A DNA stretch of 64,000 nt from Spirochaetota bacterium (GCA_016928865.1 JAFGJX010000030.1:62835-126834), one strand, 5' to 3'; counted from the first letter of the stretch, positions 37,954 through 48,513 are shown. Numbers and translations are program-made. The notes: generated by a model not told the origin, from the letters alone.

Positions 37954-37995
37954 CTGAAGCAGCCTCCCGGATCGCGGGCCTGCTTCAGGCTTTCT
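37954..37995 (+). terminator. Terminator-like hairpin after the YeaQ-like gene
   Basis: CTGAAGCAG-(17-nt loop)-CTGCTTCAG followed by GCTTTCT. Confidence 0.45.
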
Positions 37996-38031
37996 GACAT
38001 CACAATGAAAATATTTCCGCCGTTCCTTTCC

Positions 38032-39576
38032 CTATATATCAGACACCTGCTTCTTCAAATTTTCCGCTATCTGCGCGAGCTTGACCGACGTTTCCGTGAT
38101 CATTTCTCCTACCTCGGTGTTTGACTGGATGAGGATGCTCGTGTTGGCGATCGCTCCGGCGATGCTCTCGATCACCCGGTCCTGCTGTTCGGTGTCATCG
38201 CGCATCGCCCTGGTGCGCCGCTGGAGGTCGTCGATGTTTACCTCCAGGTTCTTGCGGATCTCCTCCTGGCGGTTGATAGTGGAAAAGATGTCCTGCGATT
38301 TCAGCTCCAGGCGATTTATGGTTTCTACGATCTGACGGATCAGGTTGATGATGACCGTGATGCTGTGCCCCCCCTCGCCCGCGCTCTGCACATTGGAGCT
38401 GATGAGCCGGTTAATTTCCTTCAGGCTGTCCATGGATTTTTCAGAGAGCTTGCCAACCTCGTCGGCGACGACGGCAAACCCTCGTCCCTGCTCGCCCGCC
38501 CGCGCCGCCTCAATGGCCGCGTTGAGAGCGAGGAGGTGTATCTTGTCGAACAGGTCCTCGAGGATTGCCATGACCGACGTCAGCTCGGAAGAGCTGGCCA
38601 CGAGCGAATTCGAGTTCCTCTCGATCAGCGAGATGGCGTCCTCGCCCTGGCGGGTAAGGCCGAGGACCGAGCGGAATTCGTCCGCAACCTCTCCGGAACC
38701 GCGCTTCAACGATTCGATTTCGCCGGCCATGCTGCGGATGGTCTGTATGAGGGAATTGAGCGCGTCCGATTGCTCCTGCATCGTTTTTCCGACCGCTGTG
38801 GCGCTGCTTGACGCGTCCATCGAAGAGCGATGGATCGTTTCATTGGAATCGGCCTGCTCCCTGAGATTGGTGAGGAATCCGCGCGCTGTGCCGGAGAGGC
38901 CCTCCGCGATGGAGGACATCTCCCCCGTGTTTTCCCGGATAACGCCATGGAGCCCGACCATATTACGGTAGTGTTCCTCGTTTTTCTGTTTTTCCTCCCC
39001 GATCGAATTGATGGCGTTCTCCAGCACGGAGATTGAAACAAGCGCGATGATGTAGGCCAGGGTCAGGGCCGCGAGGCTGTCGATAAGACCGGTCTTGATG
39101 ATACCGGCGAGCATGGGATTGCTCTGCTCCCGGTGAAGGAAAAAATAGAGCAGGTCCACAGCCACGAACGAGGCCATGATGCCGGAAGTAATGAATTTAT
39201 TCGTGAATACCGCTCCGAAGAGTATCACCACGAACATGAAGTAGATCATGGTGTTATACGCGGATTCAGGCGGCTTCCGGATAAAGCCCAAAGCGACCAC
39301 GACGGCGCAAAAGATTACAAAGATGTTCGACGCGGCGACGAGCTTTCCCTTCTTGAGAAATGCTATTGCTATGATTGCAACCGCGGACGCTGAAATAGCT
39401 GATATGGCGAATTCCATGAATCGTTCAACGCTGACCGTGAGAGACAGGATCATGCCGAGGTTCAACACGATTATTACAGTGGTGGCAAATAGCAGAACGA
39501 GAAACGCCTTTCGCTTTGTGAGGTAGTCTTCGTTGTCGTATATGGCAAGAAAGAAGTTTTTCAGTCTCGATAGCAT
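38032..39576 (-). CDS. Methyl-accepting chemotaxis protein
   Basis: N-terminal multi-TM sensor region. C-terminal MCP signalling domain with the highly conserved LALNAAIEAARAGEQGRGFAVVADEVGKLSEKS. Confidence 0.85.
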   Translation of the reverse strand: MLSRLKNFFLAIYDNEDYLTKRKAFLVLLFATTVIIVLNLGMILSLTVSVERFMEFAISAISASAVAIIAIAFLKKGKLVAASNIFVIFCAVVVALGFIRKPPESAYNTMIYFMFVVILFGAVFTNKFITSGIMASFVAVDLLYFFLHREQSNPMLAGIIKTGLIDSLAALTLAYIIALVSISVLENAINSIGEEKQKNEEHYRNMVGLHGVIRENTGEMSSIAEGLSGTARGFLTNLREQADSNETIHRSSMDASSSATAVGKTMQEQSDALNSLIQTIRSMAGEIESLKRGSGEVADEFRSVLGLTRQGEDAISLIERNSNSLVASSSELTSVMAILEDLFDKIHLLALNAAIEAARAGEQGRGFAVVADEVGKLSEKSMDSLKEINRLISSNVQSAGEGGHSITVIINLIRQIVETINRLELKSQDIFSTINRQEEIRKNLEVNIDDLQRRTRAMRDDTEQQDRVIESIAGAIANTSILIQSNTEVGEMITETSVKLAQIAENLKKQVSDI

Positions 39577-39797
39577 GTCAATGCCCCCGGTCGGTAAATA
39601 AAATGGATATGGCCGTGTGTCTGTTCCGTATGCAGTTAGCAGGATAGCAGCGGGAAAGGGAAATTCAAGTATTTTTTATGCCTGAAAAGGATTAATGCGC
39701 TGGTAGTACGATTGCCGTGCAAATTTTGATTGTAATGATTTCCGTCCTGCATGATACTTGGCATGGCATCATGCCAATCTACATCTGGCGGCTTCTT

Positions 39798-40178
39798 ATG
39801 AGAAAAATCTTATGTTTATCTTGCTTAATGGTCTGCGTCCTTGCTGCAGGCTGCTCAAAATCAAAGGCGGTGCAGTTCTGCGAGGGTGTTTCACCGGACG
39901 GCGAGGGGGTCAATTGCGGCACTGTTTTTGAGGACGGCGAGCTCACAGCTCTCATCCGCGCAAAGGAGCCGTTTGGCGTGAAGACGATCACCCTGCAGGT
40001 TTTCGAAGTGAAGGGGGAGAAGGTCGAGAAAACTGAATCGCTTTCTGTTGCGGTCAAACCGGAACGGGACACCGCCTCCGTGAATCTTTCTTTTTATACC
40101 GAAGGGACCTTCCGCGTCAGCGCGATGAGCGGGAATACGGCTATTGGAGAGGGGGAGATCAGGATCGTCGAGCGGTAA
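39798..40178 (+). CDS. hypothetical lipoprotein
   Basis: MRKILCLSCLMVCVLAAGCSK has a signal peptide and lipobox. Confidence 0.4.
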   Translation: MRKILCLSCLMVCVLAAGCSKSKAVQFCEGVSPDGEGVNCGTVFEDGELTALIRAKEPFGVKTITLQVFEVKGEKVEKTESLSVAVKPERDTASVNLSFYTEGTFRVSAMSGNTAIGEGEIRIVER

Positions 40179-40185
40179 ACGACGG

Positions 40186-40692
40186 CTATTCCGCTTCCCG
40201 GGCCCTTCGCTTTCGCTCCTCAAGGTAAAAAACCAGTATCAGCAGAAACGCGCCGATGACGATCGACGAGTCAGCGACGTTGAAGGACGGCCACCGGTAC
40301 ACGCCGTTAACGCCCACCGAAATAAAATCGACCACGCCGGGCCTGCCGGGAACCAGTCGGTCAATGATATTGCCGATCGCGCCGGATGCGATGAGTCCCA
40401 TTGATATGCTGAAGAGCTTCGTCTTGTTCTTCTCAAGAAAATAATAACCCAGCATCAGCGCGAGCACAATAATCGAGACCACCAGGAAGAGGTTCTTGTG
40501 TCCCTGCAGGATGCCGAACACGCCGCCCTCGTTATATACCAGCGCGATCCGGAGAAACCCGCCGAGGAAATCGGCGCGCTCGCCGAACCCGAAATTGCTG
40601 ACCACCAGGTGCTTGGTCACGACGTCCAGGGCGAGGACAATTGCGATTATACAGAGGGGGAGTGTGAATGATCGTAGCTGTTCCCTGTTCAT
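40186..40692 (-). CDS. lspA: Lipoprotein signal peptidase (signal peptidase II)
   Basis: 4-TM LspA with conserved FNVADSSIVIGAFLLIL. It lies directly downstream of ileS, a conserved pairing. Confidence 0.85.
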   Translation of the reverse strand: MNREQLRSFTLPLCIIAIVLALDVVTKHLVVSNFGFGERADFLGGFLRIALVYNEGGVFGILQGHKNLFLVVSIIVLALMLGYYFLEKNKTKLFSISMGLIASGAIGNIIDRLVPGRPGVVDFISVGVNGVYRWPSFNVADSSIVIGAFLLILVFYLEERKRRAREAE

Positions 40693-40698
40693 GTTAAC

Positions 40699-43461
40699 TC
40701 ACTTTATTTTCTTGATAATGTCCGTGCATCTTTCGCAGAGCTCGGGGTGGTCCGGGTCTGTGCCGATGGTCGGAAAATAGTTCCAGCACCTGACGCACTT
40801 CTTACCGGTGGTCTTTTTGACCGATACCGACGCATTGTCGTAATCGTGCATCGCGGCGCTCTTTTCCGGCACGAGAATAACCGAGGCCACCTGGAAGAAA
40901 CGGGGCGCGTCTGCTCCCATCTCCTCGATCATTTTTTTCACAGACCCGTCGCGAACGTACAGGCCGATGTCCGCTTCGAGAGAGGACTTGACGATCTTGT
41001 CCCTGCGGCAGATTTCGAGCTCTTTCAGAACGTCTTTTTTGACGTCGACCAGCCGCTCGACCTTCTGCTCTATCTCCGGGTTGTCGTACTTTTTGTCAAG
41101 GACATGGTAGCGCTCCATGTGTATCGACCCCTTCTCGCCGGTGAAGCGCCAGATTTCCTCCATGGTGAAGGCAAGGATCGGCGCCATGAGGCGCGAGAGG
41201 GATTTCAGGAGCTCGTTCTGCACCGTCTGGTTTGACCGGCGCTTCTTCGAGTCGGCGAGCTCCACGTAGAGTATGTCTTTCGATATATCGAAATATATTG
41301 AGGAAAGCTCGACCGCGCAAAAGTTGAGCAGCTTCCGGTACACGAGGTGGAACTCGAACTTCTCGTAATGCTCGATGATGCGCGCGGAGAGGTGGTACAG
41401 CTTGTGCAGGAGCCAGCGGTCCAGGTCCGCCATCTCCTCGTAGGGAACGGCCCTGGCCGGGTCGAAATCAGACAGGTTGCCGATGATGAACTTGAAGGTA
41501 TTGCGGAAGCGACGGTAGGAATCTGCGATCTGCTTCATCATGTTCATGCCGATGCTCACGTCGTTCCGGTAGTCTTCCGAGGAGACCCACATCCGGATGA
41601 TGTCCGCGCCGTATTGCTTGATCAGGGTTTCAGGAGGAATGACGTTTCCCTCGGTTTTGCTCATGGCCTTCCCTTTCTCGTCAAGGACAAAGCCGTGGGT
41701 GAGCACCGTGTTATACGGAGCCCTGCCGCGAAGGGCCATCGCGGGCCAGAAGGAGGACTGGAACCATCCCCGGTGCTGGTCGCTCCCCTCAAGGTAGAGG
41801 TCGGCGGGCCACCGGTGGTCCTTCCAGTAGTCCAGCACGGCAAAATGCGAGACGCCGGAATCGAACCAGACGTCGAGGATGTCGAATTCCTTCACGAACG
41901 AGTCGCTCCCGCATGCGCATTTTGTCCCCGCGGGGACGAGGTCCCTGATGTCATCGGTGAACCAGGCATCGATACCCTTTTTGCGGGCGATATCGGCAAA
42001 GAGCTTCACGCTTTCTGCGGTCATCAGGTTCTCGCCGCACTTTTCGCACCTGAACGAGGGGATGGGAACGCCCCATGAGCGCTGGCGCGACAGGCACCAG
42101 TCTGGCCGCGTCTCAACCATGCCCAGGAAGCGCGACTGGCCCCATGAGGGGATCCACTCGGTCTTGTTCACATTCGCTATTCCCTTTTTGCGAAGATCGT
42201 CATGGTCAATGCTCAGGAACCACTGCTCGGTCGCACGGTAGATGAGCGGCTTCTTGCAGCGCCAGCAGTGCGGGTAGGAGTGTTCAATTTTTTCTGTTTT
42301 GATGAGGGCGTTCTTTTTTTTAAGCAGGTCCACGACCCTGTCATTCGCGTCAAAGACATTGACCCCCTTCATCTCATTGAAGTCGTCCGTGAAACGTCCC
42401 CTCTCGTCAACGGGGCAGTAGACCTCCAGGCCGTATTCGAGGCCGACGATGTAGTCTTCGTGGCCGTGGCCGGGCGCGGTGTGCACAATGCCGGTGCCAG
42501 CGTCAAGAGTGACGTGTGTGCCGAAAATGATCTTTGATTCGCGGTCGATAAAGGGATGGTAGACCGTGAGCTTCTTTATCGCGTCCATTTCGACCAGGAT
42601 CTCCTTGTCCATCGGCCTTCCGATGGCCGACTCAATCTGGCCGATGAGTCCCTTCGCGACGATGTAGTATTCATCGCCGAACTTCACGGCCGAATACTGG
42701 AAATCGGGATGGAAGCTGACCGCCAGGTTGGCCGGCATGGTCCAGGGCGTCGTTGTCCAGATAACAACGTACAGTTTGTTTTTATCGACTCCCGGGATCT
42801 CCACGGTCGCGGGGTCCGCTTTGAACTTCACGTAGATGGACGGCGAGGTGTGGTTTGCGTATTCAACCTCTGCCTCCGCAAGGGCCGTAACGCACACCGG
42901 GCACCAGTAGATCGGCTTCTTGCTCCGGTAGATGTATCCCTTTTCAAGGATGGAACCGAACGATTCCACGATGGTGGCTTCGTAATCCGGGGTCATGGTC
43001 TTGTAGGGATTGTCATAATCGCCGAAGACGCCGAGGCGCTTGAATTCATCCATCTGGATCTTTACGAATTTTTCCGCGAAATTGCGGCAGAGGTCGCGTA
43101 TCTTTTCCTTGGGCATGCTTTCCGCTTTCGCGCCCAGCTCCCTCATGACATTGTGTTCAATGGGGAGGCCGTGGCAGTCCCACCCGGGGACATAGGGGGC
43201 CTTGTAGCCCATCATGGTCTTGTGCTTCACGATGATGTCTTTCAGCACCTTGTTCAGGGCGTGGCCGAGATGGATGTGCCCGTTGGCGTAGGGCGGGCCG
43301 TCATGCAGGATGTAGAGGTCGGCCCCGTTGCGCGATGCCAGGATCTTGTCGTAGATCCTTTCTTTCTCCCAGAAGCTGAGCAGCTCCGGCTCGCGCTGGG
43401 GCAGGTTCGCCTTCATGGGAAAATCGGTGGTTGGCAGGTTGACGGTCTTTGAGTAATCCAT
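40699..43461 (-). CDS. ileS: Isoleucine--tRNA ligase
   Basis: HIGH motif PYANGHIHLGHALN, KMSKS motif KAMSKTEG, C-terminal zinc knuckles CVRCWNY...CERC. The start is chosen at MDYSKTVNLP (ATG 43461) rather than the ORF-track 43704. Confidence 0.9.
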   Translation of the reverse strand: MDYSKTVNLPTTDFPMKANLPQREPELLSFWEKERIYDKILASRNGADLYILHDGPPYANGHIHLGHALNKVLKDIIVKHKTMMGYKAPYVPGWDCHGLPIEHNVMRELGAKAESMPKEKIRDLCRNFAEKFVKIQMDEFKRLGVFGDYDNPYKTMTPDYEATIVESFGSILEKGYIYRSKKPIYWCPVCVTALAEAEVEYANHTSPSIYVKFKADPATVEIPGVDKNKLYVVIWTTTPWTMPANLAVSFHPDFQYSAVKFGDEYYIVAKGLIGQIESAIGRPMDKEILVEMDAIKKLTVYHPFIDRESKIIFGTHVTLDAGTGIVHTAPGHGHEDYIVGLEYGLEVYCPVDERGRFTDDFNEMKGVNVFDANDRVVDLLKKKNALIKTEKIEHSYPHCWRCKKPLIYRATEQWFLSIDHDDLRKKGIANVNKTEWIPSWGQSRFLGMVETRPDWCLSRQRSWGVPIPSFRCEKCGENLMTAESVKLFADIARKKGIDAWFTDDIRDLVPAGTKCACGSDSFVKEFDILDVWFDSGVSHFAVLDYWKDHRWPADLYLEGSDQHRGWFQSSFWPAMALRGRAPYNTVLTHGFVLDEKGKAMSKTEGNVIPPETLIKQYGADIIRMWVSSEDYRNDVSIGMNMMKQIADSYRRFRNTFKFIIGNLSDFDPARAVPYEEMADLDRWLLHKLYHLSARIIEHYEKFEFHLVYRKLLNFCAVELSSIYFDISKDILYVELADSKKRRSNQTVQNELLKSLSRLMAPILAFTMEEIWRFTGEKGSIHMERYHVLDKKYDNPEIEQKVERLVDVKKDVLKELEICRRDKIVKSSLEADIGLYVRDGSVKKMIEEMGADAPRFFQVASVILVPEKSAAMHDYDNASVSVKKTTGKKCVRCWNYFPTIGTDPDHPELCERCTDIIKKIK

Positions 43462-43531
43462 TGGGGCCCTCTGTTTGAAAATACTATTCAGACACAGAGA
43501 GAGGCGGCTTTTGTCAATGTTTTTTTTGAAG

Positions 43532-44494
43532 TCAGCGCTTCGCGCAGCCGATCTCCATGCTCTGGAACATCTCCTCGAAAACCTGACGGAGATCGGTGTC
43601 ATGCCAGTTGTCGATGAAGCGGCCCGACCGGTCGGTAAAGGCGCTGCCGTTATAGTACACAACGGCCCAGAAAAACACGTCGCTGCAGCGGAAATAGCGC
43701 GCAAGTACTCTTCCCCGTATCAGCACGGGATGCCACGGGTCCACCCGCTCGTACACCGCGTCCGCAGGCAGACCGATATAATTCCGTATTGAAGAGAAAA
43801 GCCTCATCCCGGTCCTGCGCACGTCGGTCAGGGCCGCGATGGTTTCGAAATCGCCGGTTATCGAATACCATGACATGCCCCGCCTGTCGGTGATCGTGTT
43901 TGTTTTAAGCGTTGTCCCTTCTTTCTGCGAGAAGCGGAATTCACGGTCAAGGTCGTTGCGGGTGTAGTCCTGCTGGTTCTGGTGCGTTGACCACACGATT
44001 ATCTTCTGGTCCAGCTCGGGAAGCAGAAGGAGGGAGCGTTCGTTCAGGTTGGAAAGATCGTCCGGATCGCCGTGAGGGTTTTTGAGTAAAAAGCGGCGGC
44101 TCATGGCGATATCGTCGTCGATGATAATGTAGACGCCGAACCAGGAATCCTTGAACTTGCTGTCCGGATCCAGGAAATTGGAGAGCGCCGGGTCGGCGCC
44201 GGGCGCCGCCTTGTCGAAGTTGCCCGTCGTGTAGAGATTGAAGGCCGGCACCAGCACCTCTCCGTTTGATATATTGTAAAGCATCCGATCGAAACGGATT
44301 ATGAATGGCTCCCTGTAGAGGCCGCGCGCCACTGTACTGAAACGGACCCGTATGCCCGTCTCCTCCAGGTCGGCTTTTCTGAACAGCCGGGTGACATCCG
44401 CGGCGCTGCATGCTGACAGGGCGGCAAGCACAGCGGTGAGGAACAGGAGAACGGCCCTCGTAACGCCTTCATGCATGTGGCAGCTTTTGATCAT
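43532..44494 (-). CDS. hypothetical lipoprotein
   Basis: Signal peptide with lipobox (ALSAC). Its 3' end overlaps the helicase gene end by 4 bp. Confidence 0.45.
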   Translation of the reverse strand: MIKSCHMHEGVTRAVLLFLTAVLAALSACSAADVTRLFRKADLEETGIRVRFSTVARGLYREPFIIRFDRMLYNISNGEVLVPAFNLYTTGNFDKAAPGADPALSNFLDPDSKFKDSWFGVYIIIDDDIAMSRRFLLKNPHGDPDDLSNLNERSLLLLPELDQKIIVWSTHQNQQDYTRNDLDREFRFSQKEGTTLKTNTITDRRGMSWYSITGDFETIAALTDVRRTGMRLFSSIRNYIGLPADAVYERVDPWHPVLIRGRVLARYFRCSDVFFWAVVYYNGSAFTDRSGRFIDNWHDTDLRQVFEEMFQSMEIGCAKR

Positions 44495-46587
44495 GCCGGA
44501 GCGGCCTCCCGACTATAGATGATCGCCCCGGATTCTCTCTCCGTTCTGTTTCGTATGGCGCCGGCAAGCGTGGGCCTGTCAGCGTAGATGACGGCAAGGG
44601 TCTTCGCGCGAGTCAGCCCGGTGTAGAGGATCTCCGTGGTCATCAATGAAGCGGTTACTGCGCCGGGCAATACGAGGAACACGCTGCCGTATTCGGATCC
44701 CTGGCTCTTGTGCACTGTTATGGCATAGGAGAGATCGTGCGGCGGGAGCGTTTCCACGGAGCAGAGTCGAATGCCGTCAGAACGGTCAAACACGCCATAA
44801 TAGCGACCGTCGGCAGACAGGAGAATAATTCCCGTGTCGCCGTTGTAGAGACCGCGGTCATAATCGTTTCGGGTTATAATAACCGGCGCGCCTGAAAAGA
44901 GCGTTCCCGCACCGGTCACGTCAAGGATGCTGGCGAGCGAAGCCTGAAGATATTCATTGATTCCCGAGGCGCCTGACAGGCCCGCGCGGAGCGGAGTAAG
45001 GATCCGCCAGTCGTCAAGGGAAGAGATTATTCTTTTCAGCATGTTATCAGGGTCATTGCGTACTGCAAAGAGATCAGTGCCGGAAACGCTTCTGATCATT
45101 TCTTTCAATGTCATCCCGTCACCGATTTTGGTTTCATACTGGCGGGCCGTCCAGGAAGCGAGGATGCCGCGAAGTTCCGGAATGAAGGGCGCGCCGCTCC
45201 TGCCCGGCTCGATTCGCCAGACGCCGTGATCGGGAAGACCGGCATGCGGATCGAGTTCGGGGATCTCATCTACCACCGAGATGTCCTGCGCGATGATCTT
45301 TTTTGCGACCGTCGTGATCGAAGCAACCGAACGGTAGCTCTCCCGAAGAATTACCACTCGGTCTTCCAGAGGAGACGGGACCCGCAGTGCGCCGGTCTTC
45401 CCTGCCGGCGGCGGGCCGGGTGGTTCCACGCCGGGCATGAGCGCTGACAGGGCGCTGAGCGCCGCAGCGCTGTAGGTCGCCGCAAGGTCGTCCGGTATGA
45501 GATCGGCGAGGACGGCGCCTGCCTCGACCGAAGGAAGCTGGTTGCGATCGCCCAGCAGCACCAGGCACGCCGTTGGGTCTACTGCCTCCAGCAGGCTTCC
45601 CAGCAGGATGATATCGATCATCGAGGCTTCGTCTATGACCACGAGGTCGGCGGGAACGGGATTGTACCTGTTGTGAAAAAACCCGCCCCGTGAGGAGCCA
45701 TACCCGAGCAGGCGGTGAATGGTGGTGCCCTGCACGGTTGCGATGCCGCTGTCAAAGGCGTCAGGGCCGGAGATGGTTGCGATGCCGCCGCGCAGGGAGT
45801 CGGTCAGGCGCTGGGCCGCGCGGCCAGTCGGCGCCGCGATCCTGATCCGCTGCGGCGAAACGCCCATCCGCGCCATGACACGCAGGAGCGTCAGCACGAT
45901 GAAGGTCTTGCCGGTGCCGGGCCCCCCGGATATGAGCACAAAGTTGTTGAGAACCGGCAGAAGCACGGCGAGGGTCTGCTCCCGGTTGAGAAGGGCCGGA
46001 GTCCCGTTGATCATGGCAGGTTTTTCCCGGAGTACTGCGGACATGGCCGCCGCCAGCGCCTCAGGGTCCTTTCTGGGACCGGGAGAACGCGCGAGTATCA
46101 GGGAGAGAGATTCGGCCATGGCGCGCTCCGCGGAATGGTATTTCTGGAAATAAAGCGCTCGTCCCCGGGGGTGGTCTACCAGTATGAGCGGCTTGTATGC
46201 CTCGCGCGGATCGACAGCGGCGCGCGAAGTGCCGGCGGGCATTGTGTAGACGAGATCGGAATGGCGCTCCGGGATACCGATGACCTCCCGTATACGCCGA
46301 TCGGCGTCAGGGCCGGCGACCGGTTCCAGCTTCTTCCGGAGGGATACGGGTTCCAGCGCGAGGCACACGCTCCCTTCTGACAGGGAGATGAACATCGCCA
46401 ACAGAAGCAGGTGCAGGGAAATATCTCCCGAGCCGGAATAGCGAACCAGGTCGCGTATGGTCAGGTAGTCCACCGCGCGCAGTTCCAGGGTTTGTACCGC
46501 CGCGCCGTAGATCGATTTCAATTCCGGAGGATCGCTGTCGGAAACCACGGAGAGGTCATATAAAAGCTGTAATGATACGTCGTTCAT
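44491..46587 (-). CDS. recD2: RecD-like SF1 DNA helicase (RecD2 / exodeoxyribonuclease V alpha-like)
   Basis: Walker A ISGGPGTGKTF, Walker B VIDEASMID, C-terminal SF1 motifs (TVHKSQGSE). 698 aa with an N-terminal extension. Confidence 0.8.
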   Translation of the reverse strand: MNDVSLQLLYDLSVVSDSDPPELKSIYGAAVQTLELRAVDYLTIRDLVRYSGSGDISLHLLLLAMFISLSEGSVCLALEPVSLRKKLEPVAGPDADRRIREVIGIPERHSDLVYTMPAGTSRAAVDPREAYKPLILVDHPRGRALYFQKYHSAERAMAESLSLILARSPGPRKDPEALAAAMSAVLREKPAMINGTPALLNREQTLAVLLPVLNNFVLISGGPGTGKTFIVLTLLRVMARMGVSPQRIRIAAPTGRAAQRLTDSLRGGIATISGPDAFDSGIATVQGTTIHRLLGYGSSRGGFFHNRYNPVPADLVVIDEASMIDIILLGSLLEAVDPTACLVLLGDRNQLPSVEAGAVLADLIPDDLAATYSAAALSALSALMPGVEPPGPPPAGKTGALRVPSPLEDRVVILRESYRSVASITTVAKKIIAQDISVVDEIPELDPHAGLPDHGVWRIEPGRSGAPFIPELRGILASWTARQYETKIGDGMTLKEMIRSVSGTDLFAVRNDPDNMLKRIISSLDDWRILTPLRAGLSGASGINEYLQASLASILDVTGAGTLFSGAPVIITRNDYDRGLYNGDTGIILLSADGRYYGVFDRSDGIRLCSVETLPPHDLSYAITVHKSQGSEYGSVFLVLPGAVTASLMTTEILYTGLTRAKTLAVIYADRPTLAGAIRNRTERESGAIIYSREAAPA

Positions 46588-46748
46588 GGCGGCTATCTTG
46601 AGAAACTGTAAGGCCTCAGACCGGCAGCGTCAATATTTATTATTTTTTTCTTGCATAATTAATGTGATGCGTGTGAACTTTCAGATACGGGTGCTTTCAT
46701 TACGAACCGGGCGCTTGCGCGTCCCGGTTCCTGACAAGCGGGGTCCAT

Positions 46749-47597
46749 ATGAAAACTGTCGCCATCATCGGTACCGGGCTCATGGGCACGGATATCGCCT
46801 TCGCGTCAGCCACTGCCGGGTTTGAAGTGCTGCTTTTTGACACGAACAGGGAACGCCTGGTTACGTCCCTCGGGAAGATACAGGACAGGTTCAAGCGGTA
46901 TGCGGCGGCAGGCAAAATTGACAAGAACAAGGTTGAGGGGATCCTGAAGCGCATCACGGTATGCGGCGCGGTGGAAGACATTTCCGGCGCAGTGATTGTT
47001 ATTGAATGCGTTTTCGAGGACCTGGGCGTCAAGCGTGACGTCTTCTGCGAGCTTGACCGCGTCTCCCGCGCCGATGCGGTGCTCGCATCCAATACCTCGT
47101 CCATCTCCATCACGGAGATAGCCTCGGCCACGAAGCGGCCCGAATCCGTTATAGGTATGCACTTCCTGAACCCGGCACACGTGATGAACCTCGTGGAGCT
47201 CATTCCCGGTATCGCCACCACCAGGGAAACGGTTGAAACGGCAAAGATCTTTGTGAAAAAGCTCGGAAAAACCCATGTTGAATCGAAGGATTATCCCGGT
47301 TTTCTGCTCAACCGCATGCTGATACCGATGATCAACGAGGCCGTGTATCTCCTCTACGAAGGGGCGGGCACCGCGGAATCGATTGACCGCGTCATGAAGG
47401 CGGGACTCAACTTCCCCATGGGCCCGCTGGCCCTGGCGGATATGATAGGCCTGGATGTTCTCCTTGCCGTGATCGAGGAGATGTACCGGGGGTATTCTGA
47501 CGCGAAGTACCGGCCCTGTCCGCTCCTGAAAAAATTCGTGGCTGCGGGATATCTCGGAAAAAAATCGGGCAGGGGATTCTATATCTATAACGATTGA
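46749..47597 (+). CDS. hbd: 3-hydroxyacyl-CoA (3-hydroxybutyryl-CoA) dehydrogenase
   Basis: NAD-binding VAIIGTGLMGTDIA and a 3HCDH catalytic region (SNTSSISITEIA...GMHFLNPAHVMNLVELI). Confidence 0.85.
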   Translation: MKTVAIIGTGLMGTDIAFASATAGFEVLLFDTNRERLVTSLGKIQDRFKRYAAAGKIDKNKVEGILKRITVCGAVEDISGAVIVIECVFEDLGVKRDVFCELDRVSRADAVLASNTSSISITEIASATKRPESVIGMHFLNPAHVMNLVELIPGIATTRETVETAKIFVKKLGKTHVESKDYPGFLLNRMLIPMINEAVYLLYEGAGTAESIDRVMKAGLNFPMGPLALADMIGLDVLLAVIEEMYRGYSDAKYRPCPLLKKFVAAGYLGKKSGRGFYIYND

Positions 47598-47965
47598 TTC
47601 CCACGGTCGGAGATAAATCTGGAGAACTCGTCCATGATCGTTTTCGGATCGCTCGCATTATCCATCATAAGGTTCCTGAGCGCGATATAGGAATCCAGGT
47701 TCATCTCCCTGAGTTTGACCGCGGTCCCGCCCGATTCTGAACGGATGACCTCGCCCGGGAGCAGCAGGCTCATCCGGGAGCCGCCGCAGTCAAGAACGAT
47801 CTCCACGTCGACAACTTCATTTAACGGAATTTTATCAGCTATCTCGATATACATGCCCAGCAGGCTGATATTGAGCAGTAACCCGGATATCCGCCGCTTG
47901 CCGTGCTTCACGGTGGCGTCAATTGTAAAGGGAACCCTGGTATGTGTCCTTCTTTCATTCGTCAT
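47585..47965 (-). CDS. Stand-alone PilZ-domain protein (c-di-GMP receptor)
   Basis: RTHTR...NISLLGM is the RxxxR / (D/N)xSxxG PilZ signature. Confidence 0.65.
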   Translation of the reverse strand: MTNERRTHTRVPFTIDATVKHGKRRISGLLLNISLLGMYIEIADKIPLNEVVDVEIVLDCGGSRMSLLLPGEVIRSESGGTAVKLREMNLDSYIALRNLMMDNASDPKTIMDEFSRFISDRGNQSL

Positions 47966-48093
47966 GGTACGATGTGTTCCGGCGCTGTCGAAATAAAGCG
48001 CGCGGTATGAATATATGGTACGTGTTCGCCAGGAAAAACCGCAAAATCTTCTTGCGTAATTTTCAAGTCAGTGCAATAGTGAGGCATATCCCT

Positions 48094-48513
48094 ATGAAAT
48101 TTGCAAGAATTTTTATCCTTTTTGGCGTGATCTGCCTGCCGGTCGGATGCGTCCGGGATGTTGTAAAGGACGTCGGGTCACGGCCCGCGGAGGCATCGGT
48201 TGTACGCCCTGACGGCGAAACGCGCGATGAATGCAGAAATGCGATACGGCGGGCGCGGATCGACGCGCGGAGCGGCAGGTACCGGCTGTACGTATTCGGG
48301 CGCGACCGGTATGATGACCGGTTTGCCCGGTTTCTTGCGGAGTACATGAAGGCCAGGTACGGTATTGATCTCGTCCTGTCTGAGCCAGGCGACCCGGACC
48401 GGAGCCAGTGCTACAGCAACGAAATGGACAAGATAATCATGAATACGTTCGGGCCGGATGTCCTGGCCGAGGCGGAACAGGAGGCCAGGGAGCTGTTCGA
48501 CTCGCAAAATTAA
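48094..48513 (+). CDS. hypothetical lipoprotein
   Basis: MKFARIFILFGVICLPVGC has a signal peptide and lipobox. The ORF-track N-terminal extension to 47944 is unlikely. Confidence 0.4.
   Translation: MKFARIFILFGVICLPVGCVRDVVKDVGSRPAEASVVRPDGETRDECRNAIRRARIDARSGRYRLYVFGRDRYDDRFARFLAEYMKARYGIDLVLSEPGDPDRSQCYSNEMDKIIMNTFGPDVLAEAEQEARELFDSQN

Noticed and set aside
41347..43452. Two + strand ORFs (243 and 298 aa)
   Set aside because: Antisense to ileS (HIGH/KMSKS motifs on the minus strand).
43462..43704. N-terminal 81-aa extension of the ileS ORF
   Set aside because: The conserved IleS N-terminus (MDYSKTVNLPTTDFPM…) begins at ATG 43461. The extension is Ala/Arg-rich and unconserved.
45715..46380. 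221-aa + strand ORF
   Set aside because: Antisense to the RecD-like helicase.
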